Below are positions 9,740-18,742 of a stretch of DNA of 64,000 nucleotides, one piece after another. The stretch's first letter is position 1. Each line of letters opens with the position of its first letter. The stretch is from Gaiellaceae bacterium. GTDB lineage: Bacteria > Actinomycetota > Thermoleophilia > Gaiellales > Gaiellaceae. The stretch covers positions 2,228 through 66,227 of the forward strand of contig DATLFU010000023.1 of NCBI GenBank assembly GCA_035540835.1, written 5' to 3'. The notes beneath the pieces were generated by a model, which did no database searches, was not told where the DNA came from, and saw nothing but the letters and a program-made list of their open reading frames with translations. A program made the translations under genes and the position numbers.

Positions 9740-10974
9740 TAGATCTGCCAGGCGCCGCGGCGGAGCACCGGCACGCGCTCGCTTCCGCGGGTGATCCCCG
9801 TGACGTCGACCTCGTCGCCGCCGATCATGAAGTCGACGTGGATCGGGCTGCGGTTGACGCGGTCGCGGTCCTCCTCGCCGACCGTGTCGAGGTACGCGCT
9901 CCCGAGCGCGAGGTGGCTCGCCGCGTTCTCGTCGTAGAGCGTGTTGTAGAACACCGTTCCGAGCGGGCCGATGCGGCCGTTTCCGTCGACGAGCGCGACC
10001 TCGCCGAGCCGGTCCGCGTTCTCGTGCGTCTCGAGCATGCTCCGCATCGCCTCGGCACCGGAGTCCGCCTCGACCGAGACGGCGCGCCCGGCCTCGAAGC
10101 GGACCGTGAGCCCGTCGACGAGCGTGCCGCCCTTCAGCTGGAGCGGCTTCGTCGCCCGCACGACGCCGTCCGCGCGCTGCGGGTCCGGCGCGGTGAACGT
10201 CTCCTCGGTCGGGAGATTGGCCGCGAAGACGATGCCGTCGACGGTCGCGGAGACGCCGCTCTCCCAGCGGGAGGTCGGCATCAGCCCGAGCGTGAAGTCG
10301 GTGCCGGGGCCCTCGAAGTGGAGCGCGTCGAAGCGATGCTCGTTCAACGCGCCCTCGGCGCGCGCGAGGGCGTCGAACCGCTCCTGCCACGCCGCGACGG
10401 GATCGGCCTCGTCGAGCCGGCACGCGTGCAGCACCTCGTCCCACAGCTTCCGCAGCGCCTCGTCCGGCTCGAGCTGCGGATGCACCTGCTGCGCCCACGC
10501 GGCCGTCGGGCAGGCGACGCCGACCCAGTTCGTCGTGTTGTCGTCGATCAGCCGCATGTAGTCCGGCAGGAACGGGAACGGCTCGCGCGCGACCGCGCCC
10601 GGGTCGAGGTCCTCGTAGAGCCCGGGCGGGTTCGACGGCGAGAGCGAGATCCGCGCGCACCGCTGCTCGCCGAGCTGCCGTACGCGCTCCCGGTGCCACG
10701 ACGGGACGAAGTCGAGGGTGGACGCGTCCGCGAGCTCGATCCGGCTGCGGCGCACGTACGGGTCGAACCAGTTGACGTCGACGAAGCGCGCGCCGCGGCG
10801 GTACGCCGCCGCGACGATCTCGTGGACGAGCGCGCGCTGCTCGAGCGTCGCCCGCACCTCCGCGACCTGCCCCGGCTGGACGTTCGCGCCCAGCCCGACG
10901 ATCAGCTCGGCGTACCGCCGGAGCGTCTCGCGCTCGACCTGGGCGTCAGGCGACGTCTGCGTGGATGCGTCCAC
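9739..10974 (-). CDS. M29-family aminopeptidase (AmpS/PepS, aminopeptidase T-like)
   Basis: 411 aa. N-terminal LRRYAELIVGLGANVQPGQ, central NLPTEETFTAP and C-terminal SHLALGSAY...IHVDFMIG blocks typical of thermophilic aminopeptidase family M29. Confidence 0.8.
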   Translation of the reverse strand: MDASTQTSPDAQVERETLRRYAELIVGLGANVQPGQVAEVRATLEQRALVHEIVAAAYRRGARFVDVNWFDPYVRRSRIELADASTLDFVPSWHRERVRQLGEQRCARISLSPSNPPGLYEDLDPGAVAREPFPFLPDYMRLIDDNTTNWVGVACPTAAWAQQVHPQLEPDEALRKLWDEVLHACRLDEADPVAAWQERFDALARAEGALNEHRFDALHFEGPGTDFTLGLMPTSRWESGVSATVDGIVFAANLPTEETFTAPDPQRADGVVRATKPLQLKGGTLVDGLTVRFEAGRAVSVEADSGAEAMRSMLETHENADRLGEVALVDGNGRIGPLGTVFYNTLYDENAASHLALGSAYLDTVGEEDRDRVNRSPIHVDFMIGGDEVDVTGITRGSERVPVLRRGAWQI

Positions 10975-12001
10975 GTGCCTCCCTCAGCGGCCCGCCGGAG
11001 CGGCCCGAACGCACCGCCAGGATCTCGGCGAGGATCGACAGGGCCGTCTCCTCCGGCGTCGCCGCGCCGAGGTCGAGCCCGCACGGGCCGGAGATCCGAT
11101 CCAGCTCCTCCTCGGCGGCGCCGGCGTCGAGGAGCCGCTCCCGGCGGCGCTCCTGGTTGCGGCGGGAGCCGAGCGCGCCGACGTAGAACGCCTCCGTCCG
11201 GAGCGTCCCGAGCAGCGCGGGCACGTCGAAGCGGTCGTCGTGGGTGAGCACGACGACGGCGGTCGCGTGGTCCGGCCGCACCCGTTCGAGCGTCTCCTCC
11301 GGCCACGCGACGACGATTTCGTCGGCGCTCGGGAGCCGCTCCGGCGTCGCGAACCGGCCGCGGGCGTCGGCCACGATCGTCCGCCATCCGAGCAGCTTCG
11401 CGGCGCGGCAGAGTGCCTCGGCGGTGTCGACGGCGCCGAAGACGAGCAGGCGCGGCGCCGGCCCGACGACGTCGGCGAACACCGTCCGGTCCTCGAGCTC
11501 GAGCAGCCGGCTGCGGCCGCCGCGGACAAGGCCGGGCGCGAGCTCGGCGAGCTCCCGCGGCCCGTCCCCCAGCACGTCGCCGTCGTCCGTGACGAGCAGC
11601 CGCGACCCGAGCGACGCGCCGCCGACGACGCTGAAGATGACCGCGTGCCGCTCCTGCTCCACCGCGGCGAGCGCGCGCTCCACGAGCTCCTCGTCCGGCG
11701 CGTCGACGTAGACGTCGATCTCGCCTCCGCACGGGAGCCCGACGCTCAGCGCCTCGTCGTCGGCGATCCCGTAGCTGAGCAGGCGCGGCGCGCCGCCGGC
11801 CAGCACCTCGCGCGCGGCGCCGTAGACCTCGTTCTCCACGCAGCCGCCGGAGACGGAGCCCGCCATCTCGCCCGCATCGGTGACGCCCAGCTTCGCACCG
11901 ACCGGGCGCGGCGCGGAGCGCCGTGTCGCGACCACGGTGGCGAGCGCCACGCGGCGGCCGTCGTCGCGCCAGCGGCGCAGGTCGTCGGCGATGCCTCGCA
12001 C
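10946..12001 (-). CDS. XdhC/CoxI-family accessory protein
   Basis: N-terminal XdhC_CoxI motif (GSVSGGCVE) and a C-terminal Rossmann-like domain (LLVFGAVDTAEAL). No dehydrogenase partner genes nearby. Confidence 0.75.
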   Translation of the reverse strand: MRGIADDLRRWRDDGRRVALATVVATRRSAPRPVGAKLGVTDAGEMAGSVSGGCVENEVYGAAREVLAGGAPRLLSYGIADDEALSVGLPCGGEIDVYVDAPDEELVERALAAVEQERHAVIFSVVGGASLGSRLLVTDDGDVLGDGPRELAELAPGLVRGGRSRLLELEDRTVFADVVGPAPRLLVFGAVDTAEALCRAAKLLGWRTIVADARGRFATPERLPSADEIVVAWPEETLERVRPDHATAVVVLTHDDRFDVPALLGTLRTEAFYVGALGSRRNQERRRERLLDAGAAEEELDRISGPCGLDLGAATPEETALSILAEILAVRSGRSGGPLREARGRIHADVA

Positions 12002-12070
12002 GAGGCCATGCTAACGCGCCGGTACTCTGTGCCCGTGGCGGCCGAGCGGCGTGGCACGAGGCGCACGCGG

Positions 12071-12427
12071 ATGATGGACCGCGTCAGGGCCCGGAAGGCG
12101 CGCCACAAGCAGCGGTCGCGCCTCTACCGCGCGGCGGTCGCCGCGGCCGGGACGTCGCTCGTCCTCATCGGCTTCCTCCTGTCGCTCCCGGGCGTTCCCG
12201 GGCCGGGGCTGCTCGTCGTCGCGATCGGGCTCGGACTGCTCGCGCTCGAGTTCGACCGTGCCGAGCGCCTCCTCGACGGCGTCCTCGGCCGGGTGGAGCG
12301 CGTCGGCGAGAGCGCGTCCGGCGCGAGCGCGCTGCAGAAGGTCCTGACGGGACTCCTCGTGCTCGTCGCGGCGGCGACGGCGATCGCCGCCGTCGTCCTG
12401 CTCGACGTCCCGTTCCTGCCGCTGTAG
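12071..12427 (+). CDS. PGPGW-motif small membrane protein
   Basis: LSLPGVPGPGLLVVAIGLGLLALEF motif and two TM segments. An alternative ATG at 12008 would leave only 6 nt to the divergent xdhC-like start. Confidence 0.55.
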   Translation: MMDRVRARKARHKQRSRLYRAAVAAAGTSLVLIGFLLSLPGVPGPGLLVVAIGLGLLALEFDRAERLLDGVLGRVERVGESASGASALQKVLTGLLVLVAAATAIAAVVLLDVPFLPL

Positions 12428-12432
12428 CCGGG

Positions 12433-12621
12433 CTACGCCGCGGCGTGGCGGTCGCAGCCGCAGATCCGCTCGCCGAGCGCGCGGCGCTCGAGCGGGAGCC
12501 GGCAGCGGGTGCAGCTGGGGTCGCTCGACTCGGGCGCGGGCGCGACCTTCGCCGCGACGAGCAGGGCGCGTCCGAGGGTTGCGGCGCAGATGAGGTACGG
12601 GAGGAGCACGTAGGAGTTCAT
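12433..12621 (-). CDS. small hypothetical protein, hydrophobic N-terminus + CxxC...CxC C-terminus
   Basis: 62 codons with consistently G/C third positions. AGGAA 5 nt upstream of the ATG. Sequence MNSYVLLPYLICAATLG...CTRCRLPLERRALGERICGCDRH. Confidence 0.45.
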   Translation of the reverse strand: MNSYVLLPYLICAATLGRALLVAAKVAPAPESSDPSCTRCRLPLERRALGERICGCDRHAAA

Positions 12622-12850
12622 GCGGTTCCTATCGGCGTGAGAGGGGCGGAGGGTGGAGCCCTTTTCGAGTGAGACGAACCTGTACCAGAACCGATAGGGA
12701 ATTCGGCCGCCGCCGCCGCGATTTCCCCCTTCGGAGGTAGGCCGGAGGACGCGGCCGCGTGGGACCGGGCAGCCGCTACGACGCGCGCGGCCCCACGGGC
12801 CGCGGCGCGCGACAGGAGTAACGCGGCGCCGGTCGGGCTAGACTGGCGGC

Positions 12851-13078
12851 GTGAGCTGGGTCTCGATCGCGCTCCTCGCGGCCGCGGTGCTGATCCTCGT
12901 CGGCGCAGAGTGGCCGCGGCTCGAGGAGCGGTTCGGCGCGCAGGCGCGGCGCCAGCGGGAGCGGGCGCGGCGCAAGCAGAACCTCCGGCTCCTCCACAGC
13001 GACACCGACGAGTTCGCCGCGAGCGTCGAGCGCGACCTCTCGCAGCTGCCGACGATCGACGAGCGCGACCTCCGCTAG
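12851..13078 (+). CDS. small hypothetical membrane protein
   Basis: 75-aa ORF with GTG start, one N-terminal TM (WVSIALLAAAVLILVGA) then a charged tail. Coding-like GC3. Confidence 0.4.
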   Translation: MSWVSIALLAAAVLILVGAEWPRLEERFGAQARRQRERARRKQNLRLLHSDTDEFAASVERDLSQLPTIDERDLR

Positions 13079-13085
13079 GGCCGCG

Positions 13086-15506
13086 CTAGCGGATCCGGAT
13101 CGTCGTCTGCAGGACGGCGGTGTTCGGCAGGATCAGCGGGACGTTCTCCTGGTTCCGCGTCTCCTGGTGGTCCGAGACGCGCAGGTACAGACGGTGCGTC
13201 CCGCGCGGCAGCCCGCGCGTCGAGACGACGACGGCGCCGCGGTCGAACCGCGCCGGCCGCGGGCGGTTGCCGACGCGCGCGACGAGCGACAGCGGATCGA
13301 CGCCCGCGCCTGCGTCGGTCGCGGCGACGCGCACCGGCGAGCCGCGCGAGACCGTCCGGGTCGCGAGCCGCAGCCGCGGCGGCGTGGTGTCGTCGACCCA
13401 GAAGCGGAACCGGAACGGCCCCGCGGCTCCGCGCCCGACCGTGTCGAAGACGAGGTCGTACGTCCCCGGCGCGGGGCGGACGGCGCCGACGATCGAGCGC
13501 GGCTCGCCGAAGTCGGCGAGGTACGGGTTGAGGTTCAGCGGCAGCCCGACGTAGCCGAGGAGCCGGCTCTCGTCCCCGGCGGCGACCGCACGCGGCTCGA
13601 CCCGGGTTCCTCGCGCCTGCGAGAGCACCGCGACGCCGAAGTTGGCGACGGGGCGGGTGATCCGGATCCGGAACACCTGCTCCGGCCCGTCGAGCCGCGC
13701 AGCGATCCCCGCTCCCCCGGGATTGGCCGGGTAGCGGTAGGTCGAGACGAGCGCGCGGCCGCGGCGCGTGTCGCCCGCGTAGACGCCGGGGCGGCGGAGG
13801 AGCGCCGGCCGGTGCCCTGCGAGACGCCGCTCGCTCGTGCCGACCCAGTACGGGATGCGGCGCACCGTGTCGCCGCGCCGCAGGAGGACCCATCCGGAGT
13901 GCTCGCCGGACGTCGTCGCGGTGGGTGACGCCGCGAGCGACAGCGTCCCCGGCACCTCCACCGCGGCCGGCGCCGTGATCCGGACGGCGGGGTGGGGGGC
14001 GGACGGCTGGACGGAGACGGCCCAGGTGCCCGCGCCGCCGCCGGCGTCGGCGAGCGTCACAGACGCCGTGACGGGCGCACCGCCCGCGGGCGGCAGGAGG
14101 CCGAAGGACACGGCTGGGGGCCGCGCGTAGAGCTGCGGCGCGTCGGCGGCAGGGAGGTTGACGACGCCGGCGCCGACGCGTGCGGCCGGGCTCCCTCCAC
14201 CCGGAACGGCCGTGACGACGAGCGCCGACTTGATCTCGTGCGGCGTCCATGCCGGGTGCCGCTGCCGGAGGAGCGCCGCGGCGCCGGCGACGTGCGGCGC
14301 GGCCATGCTCGTCCCGCTGCTCTCGCTCCAGAAGCCGAGACGCGCGGGGACCGACGACAGGACGCCGAGGCCCGGGGCGCTCACCTCCGGCTTCATCTGG
14401 AGCGAGAACGGCGTCGGCGCGCCGGAGCTGAAGCCGGTGGCCGCGCCTGCGCCGGCCGTGGCGGCGACCGTGATCGCGCTCGGCGCGCTGGCGGGCGAGC
14501 CGACGGAGCCGGAGCCGAACTGCTGGAAGTCGTTCCCCGCGGCGACGGCGACGACGACGCCCGCGGCGACCGCGCGCTCGATCGCGTGGACGACGAGGTC
14601 GCGCGTCGGCTCGATCTCCGGCTCGCCGATCGAGAGGTTGATCACGTGCATCCCGTCGCGGACCGCCGCCTCGATCCCGGCCGCGATCTCCGCGGCGTTC
14701 CCGTCCAGGCCGACGCCGGACTCCGTCGGGATCGTCAGCACCTTGTAGTTCCCGAGGTACGCGCGTGGGGCGACGCCCGACACCCGGCGGCCGAGGGCCG
14801 TCGTGCCGTGGTTGCCCGCGGCGATCCCGGCGACGTGCGTCGCGTGGCCCGAGTGCAGCGGGTCGAACGGCGCCGCCGCGTGGCGCCACGCCGGCCGCCG
14901 CGGCGGGAACGAGCGCGCGACGATCACCTTCGCGCTCGTGTGCGCCGTCTGTCCGAGCGGGTACCCCTGAGGCATCGCGTACCCGCGCGGGTCGAAGAAC
15001 GGGTGCGTCCGGTCGATGCCGTCGTCGAGGATCGCGATCCGGATCCCGTCGCCGCCGAAGGCGAGGTTCGTCCCCCACAGCACGGGAGCGCCGATCTGCT
15101 GCGGCGTGTCGTCGAGGCGGCTCCGGTACCGGACGCTCGGGTAGACGCGGGCGACGCCGGGGAGCGCGGCGAGCCGCGCCACGTCCCGCCGCGGCAGCGT
15201 CACCGAGACGCCGTTGACGAGGACGCCGTACCGCCAGCCCACCGCGGCGGCCGGCAGCGCCCGCTCCAGTCGGCCCTCGAAGCGCGCCTGCGCCGCGCCG
15301 AGGTCCCGCAGGTGCGCGCGGCCGTAGGGCGCGGCGACGTCGAGCCGCCGGCGCTTCGCGGCGCCGGAGAGGACGCGGCTCTGCGCGACGGCCTCGACGA
15401 GGGACGGCTCCTCGAGCTCGACGACCACGTCCACGTCCTCCGCGAACGCGGAGGCGGGGACGGCGAGCGCGGCGAGCGCCGCGAGGAGTGCGATACGCGT
15501 CTTCAT
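13086..15506 (-). CDS. secreted S8-family (subtilisin-like) serine peptidase, 806 aa
   Basis: Signal peptide MKTRIALLAALAALAVPASAFA. Catalytic motifs ILDDGID (Asp), GHATHVAGIAAG (His) and SGTSMAAPHVAGAAALL (Ser). Long C-terminal beta-rich extension. Confidence 0.9.
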   Translation of the reverse strand: MKTRIALLAALAALAVPASAFAEDVDVVVELEEPSLVEAVAQSRVLSGAAKRRRLDVAAPYGRAHLRDLGAAQARFEGRLERALPAAAVGWRYGVLVNGVSVTLPRRDVARLAALPGVARVYPSVRYRSRLDDTPQQIGAPVLWGTNLAFGGDGIRIAILDDGIDRTHPFFDPRGYAMPQGYPLGQTAHTSAKVIVARSFPPRRPAWRHAAAPFDPLHSGHATHVAGIAAGNHGTTALGRRVSGVAPRAYLGNYKVLTIPTESGVGLDGNAAEIAAGIEAAVRDGMHVINLSIGEPEIEPTRDLVVHAIERAVAAGVVVAVAAGNDFQQFGSGSVGSPASAPSAITVAATAGAGAATGFSSGAPTPFSLQMKPEVSAPGLGVLSSVPARLGFWSESSGTSMAAPHVAGAAALLRQRHPAWTPHEIKSALVVTAVPGGGSPAARVGAGVVNLPAADAPQLYARPPAVSFGLLPPAGGAPVTASVTLADAGGGAGTWAVSVQPSAPHPAVRITAPAAVEVPGTLSLAASPTATTSGEHSGWVLLRRGDTVRRIPYWVGTSERRLAGHRPALLRRPGVYAGDTRRGRALVSTYRYPANPGGAGIAARLDGPEQVFRIRITRPVANFGVAVLSQARGTRVEPRAVAAGDESRLLGYVGLPLNLNPYLADFGEPRSIVGAVRPAPGTYDLVFDTVGRGAAGPFRFRFWVDDTTPPRLRLATRTVSRGSPVRVAATDAGAGVDPLSLVARVGNRPRPARFDRGAVVVSTRGLPRGTHRLYLRVSDHQETRNQENVPLILPNTAVLQTTIRIR

Positions 15507-15711
15507 GGGCAGCAGGGCGAGTCGAAAGCAGGAAAGACGGTAGCCGCGATCGGTCGTCGCCGCCGACTCGCCGCGGGGCGACGGAAAGGGTGCGCGTTGC
15601 CGCGCTTCCCGGCAGGCGGCCTGCTCCTCGCGGACGCGGTCGAGGCGTCACGCGCGTGCTCCCGCCGCGCAGGCCGGTGTGGCGCTGCGGCCGGCTACAA
15701 TGGCCGTCCGC

Positions 15712-15795
15712 GCGGATGTGGCGGAATTGGTAGACGCGCACGGTTCAGGTCCGTGTGGGGGCAACCCCGTGGAGGTTCAAGTCCTCTCATCCGCA
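15712..15795 (+). tRNA. tRNA-Leu (anticodon CAG)
   Basis: Acceptor GCGGATG/CATCCGC with discriminator A. Anticodon arm CACGG-TTCAGGT-CCGTG. Long variable arm TGGGGGCAACCCCGT. T-loop GGTTCAAGTCC. No encoded CCA. Confidence 0.9.
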
Positions 15796-15965
15796 TAGCG
15801 ACTCACCCGTCAAGTGCCCGCCGCGTTTGGGAGCGGCGACAGCGGACACGACGGGTTCATGTTCCGGCTCCGCAACGTGATCCTGCTCTGGCTCGGCCGC
15901 CGCGCGTGGAATCTCGGCCGCTCCGCGTGGCGCCGGCGGCAGGCCGGCCGCGCGGCGCGACCCCG

Positions 15966-16769
15966 CTAGCCGCAGCGGCGGATCTCGGCGTCGCAGGCGG
16001 CCTCGATCGGGACGACCTGGTTCAGCCCGCCCGTGCCCGTGTCCGTGACGACGCCGGCAATGCGGCCGTTCGCGCCGAGGACCGGCGCCCCGAGGTTCAG
16101 CGGCTCCGCGTGTGCGCGCACCGGGATCCGCCCGCGCGACTTCGCGCCCGCCGTGCCCTCGCCGATCGGGCGGCCGCTTCCGGCCGGGACGACGAGCGCC
16201 ACCGTCCCCGGCTCGAGCCGGTCGGCGGCCGCGCGCTCCTGCCACAGCGGGCGGCCGAGGTCGGCCGGGACGCGGATCAGGACGAGGCCGTTCGGCCGGT
16301 GCGCACGGACGATCCGGCCGGTCCAGATCTGCGGCCCGCGCCGCACGAACACCGTCCGGCCGCCCTCGCGGAGGACGGGCGCGACGGCGGCGTGCGCCGT
16401 CATCACGTACGACTCGCCCCGGATCACCCACGCGACGAAGCCGGATCCCCGTCCGGAGCCGGCCGTCTCGACGACGTAGACGCTCCGCTGCGCCCGAGCG
16501 GCGAGCGCGCGCATCGCGGCGCGGTCCTGCGCGGAGACCTGCGGCACCTCCGCAGCGGCCGAGTCTCCCGCAGCGCCGCCGGGGCCGCCTGCGACGCGCT
16601 CCTCGCCGTACCACGCGGATCGGTAGATCTCGTACGCGACGTAGGCGCCGCCCACGTACGCGACCGCGGCCAGCAGCGCGGCGACGTGGAAGCGCCGGCG
16701 GCGCGGCCGCTTCGACGCTGCCGGACGCGGCGGGAAGTACCAGCCGTCGTCTCGGTTCGGCTCCCCCAC
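15966..16769 (-). CDS. membrane-anchored trypsin-fold (S1C/HtrA-like) domain protein, apparently lacking the catalytic Ser
   Basis: GTG at 16769, just downstream of the bcp stop. TM segment FHVAALLAAVAYVGGAYVAY. His motif GSGFVAWVIRGESYVMTAHAAV. The position of GNSGGP reads LNLGAPV. Confidence 0.55.
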   Translation of the reverse strand: MGEPNRDDGWYFPPRPAASKRPRRRRFHVAALLAAVAYVGGAYVAYEIYRSAWYGEERVAGGPGGAAGDSAAAEVPQVSAQDRAAMRALAARAQRSVYVVETAGSGRGSGFVAWVIRGESYVMTAHAAVAPVLREGGRTVFVRRGPQIWTGRIVRAHRPNGLVLIRVPADLGRPLWQERAAADRLEPGTVALVVPAGSGRPIGEGTAGAKSRGRIPVRAHAEPLNLGAPVLGANGRIAGVVTDTGTGGLNQVVPIEAACDAEIRRCG

Positions 16770-16798
16770 GGGGCGGGAGGTACCCGCCGCGACGGACG

Positions 16799-17257
16799 CT
16801 AACCCGGGAGCGCGTCGAGCACGCGCTGCGCGTGGCCGTCCGGCTTCACGCCGTAGAGCGCCTTGACGACCGTCCCGTCCTCGCCGATCACGAACGTCGA
16901 GCGGTTGACGCCCATGTACGTGTTGCCCCGGAACGTCCGCTCGCCCCAGACGCCGTACCGCTCCGACACCTCGTGCCCCTCGTCGGCCAGCAGCGTGAAC
17001 GGCAGCGCGTGCTTCTGCTTGAACTTCCGGTGCGACTCCTCGTCGTCCGGGCTGACGCCGAGGACGACGGCCCCGCGCTCGACGAACGCGTCCCACGCGT
17101 CGCGGATCCCGCACGCCTGCGTCGTGCATCCGGGGGTGTCGTCCTTGGGGTAGAAGTAGAGGACGACGGGCCTGCCGCGGAGGTCCGAGAGCCGGATCGT
17201 CCCGCCCTCGTCGCTCGGCAGCTCGAAGTCCGGTGCGGGCGTTCCCTCTTCGACCAT
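16799..17257 (-). CDS. bcp: thiol peroxidase / peroxiredoxin Bcp
   Basis: MVEEGTPAPDFELPS...VVLYFYPKDDTPGCTTQACG peroxiredoxin motif. Internal ATG at 17257 chosen over the track start 17293, which collides with the divergent gene. Confidence 0.85.
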   Translation of the reverse strand: MVEEGTPAPDFELPSDEGGTIRLSDLRGRPVVLYFYPKDDTPGCTTQACGIRDAWDAFVERGAVVLGVSPDDEESHRKFKQKHALPFTLLADEGHEVSERYGVWGERTFRGNTYMGVNRSTFVIGEDGTVVKALYGVKPDGHAQRVLDALPG

Positions 17258-17292
17258 GCGGCGTCTCGACCTCCCGGTAGGGTGCGGCCGCA

Positions 17293-17646
17293 ATGCTAGT
17301 CGTGCACGCCGTCCTCGCCGTGGTCGTCGTCGCGGTCGCGGCGGCGGGCGCGATCTGGGGCTTCGTCGCCTACCGTCGGCCGCGTGCGCGCAGCCCCGTG
17401 CTCGACCAGGTGCTCGCGCTCGCGCAGACGGTCCTCATCGCGCAGGTGGGGGTCGGGCTCTACCTGCTGACGCAGGGGCGCCGCGCCCCGCACGACCTCC
17501 ACTACGCGTACGGGACGTTCGCGCTCGCGGCCGTCCTCGCGCCGTGGCTGTACGCGCCCGACGAGCCGCGGCGCCGGCTGCTGTGGTTCGCCGCGGCTAC
17601 CCTCGTGGCGGCGGCGTTCGCCGCCCGCGCCTACACCACCGGCTGA
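17293..17646 (+). CDS. hypothetical membrane protein
   Basis: 117 aa, about 4 hydrophobic segments, coding-like GC3. Stop overlaps the next start (ATGA-type). Confidence 0.5.
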   Translation: MLVVHAVLAVVVVAVAAAGAIWGFVAYRRPRARSPVLDQVLALAQTVLIAQVGVGLYLLTQGRRAPHDLHYAYGTFALAAVLAPWLYAPDEPRRRLLWFAAATLVAAAFAARAYTTG

Positions 17647-18032
17647 TGCGCCGATTCTTCGCCGACATGAACCCGACCGTGCGCGGCTTCCTGATCATCA
17701 CGGTCGTCGTCCTCGTCATCCTCGTGCTCTCGCTCGAGGAGACCGTCGTCTCGCTGCACCTGATCGCGCGGATCGCTTTCTTCATCGCGATCGCGGTCGT
17801 GCTCTTCATGTTCTGGCGCGAGCGGCGGAGCGACATCGCCACGTGGTCGCGACGCGGGCAGCTCGTCTTCTACGGAGCCGCCGCACTCGCGGTCGGCAGC
17901 CTCGCCTGGTACTTCTGGCCGACGGGGGGCCCTGCGACCGGGCTCGACCTCCTCGCGTTCCTCGCCACGCTCGCGATCGCGATCTTCTCGATGATCCGCG
18001 TCTGGCGCGACGAGCGGACGTTCGGGTACTAG
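17646..18032 (+). CDS. hypothetical membrane protein
   Basis: ATG at 17646 overlaps the upstream TGA. 128 aa, MRRFFADMNPTVRGFLIITVVVLVILVL..., about 4 TM segments. Confidence 0.5.
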   Translation: MRRFFADMNPTVRGFLIITVVVLVILVLSLEETVVSLHLIARIAFFIAIAVVLFMFWRERRSDIATWSRRGQLVFYGAAALAVGSLAWYFWPTGGPATGLDLLAFLATLAIAIFSMIRVWRDERTFGY

Positions 18033-18033
18033 C

Positions 18034-18723
18034 TCAGGCGCCGACGCGCGCCGCGGCGCCGTCGAGCCGGTCGAGCGCGGCGCGGATCTCCATCGCCTCG
18101 CCGACGAAGATCGGCGTGTCGCGCTCGGTGTAGCGGCTCGCCTCGCTCTCGCGCAGCCGCAGCATCAGGTGCATGAAGTCGGCCGGCTCGTCGCACTCGA
18201 ACGCCGTCATGAACTCCTGGTCGTCGATCCCGAACGAGTACGTCGTGTGGTTGTGGATCCCGGGGAACTCCTCGCGGCCGATCCGGATGTGTTCCTCCAT
18301 CGCGCGCTGCCGGTCCGCTTCGGGGAGCGCGTACCACGGGCGCACCTTCACGAACGGGTAGACGACGAGGTACGGCGACCCCTTCGGGACGATCTTCCGC
18401 GGCCGCCGGGCCGAGGTGTACTGCGAGGCCTTCGTCGTCGCGAGGTACGAGTAGGGCGTCTCCAGCCACCCCGCGAGCGGCGTCGCGTTGAGGTCGGCCC
18501 CGAGCTCGCCGAGGTCCGCGTACCGCTCGGTGATCTTCCACAGGAAGAAGTCGCAGTCGGGCCGCACGCCCGCCGTGGAGTACGTCCGCAGCTGCATCCG
18601 CTCCGCCCACTGCTCGACGACGTCCGCGAACGCATCCTTCGCCGCGGCTCGCTCCTCGACCGGGAGCGTCCGCCACGCGCGGTCGACGCGGAAGAACGTG
18701 TAGGCGACGTACTGGCCGGTCAC
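18034..18723 (-). CDS. hemQ: chlorite-dismutase-family coproheme decarboxylase (HemQ/ChdC)
   Basis: 229 aa. YVAYTFFRVD..., LVVYPFVKVRPWYALP and HIRIGREEFPGIHNHTTYSFGIDDQEFMTAFE blocks characteristic of actinobacterial HemQ. Confidence 0.85.
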   Translation of the reverse strand: MTGQYVAYTFFRVDRAWRTLPVEERAAAKDAFADVVEQWAERMQLRTYSTAGVRPDCDFFLWKITERYADLGELGADLNATPLAGWLETPYSYLATTKASQYTSARRPRKIVPKGSPYLVVYPFVKVRPWYALPEADRQRAMEEHIRIGREEFPGIHNHTTYSFGIDDQEFMTAFECDEPADFMHLMLRLRESEASRYTERDTPIFVGEAMEIRAALDRLDGAAARVGA

Positions 18724-18742
18724 CCGGCCGATGCTACCGGCG

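Noticed and set aside
8510-10699. 729-aa ORF as a single gene
   Set aside because: Only the C-terminal 409 codons (from GTG 9739) look like a protein, with a TM anchor and propeller repeats. The upstream part is antisense to the well-supported M29 aminopeptidase gene.
12622-12703. Assignment of the structured element to the TPP or SAM-I riboswitch class
   Set aside because: Only short strings match. The UGAGA-like segment lies outside rather than inside the GGGG/CCC helix, the element is about 75 nt with no P3/P4 equivalents, and the neighbouring genes are not thiamine- or methionine-related. It is kept only as an unclassified structure.
15859-15969. 36-codon ORF (MFRLRNVILLWLGRRAWNLGRSAWRRRQAGRAARPR) between tRNA-Leu and the trypsin-fold gene
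   Set aside because: It has an Arg-rich low-complexity tail and no SD, and it overlaps the end of the convergent gene. There is nothing to distinguish it from chance.
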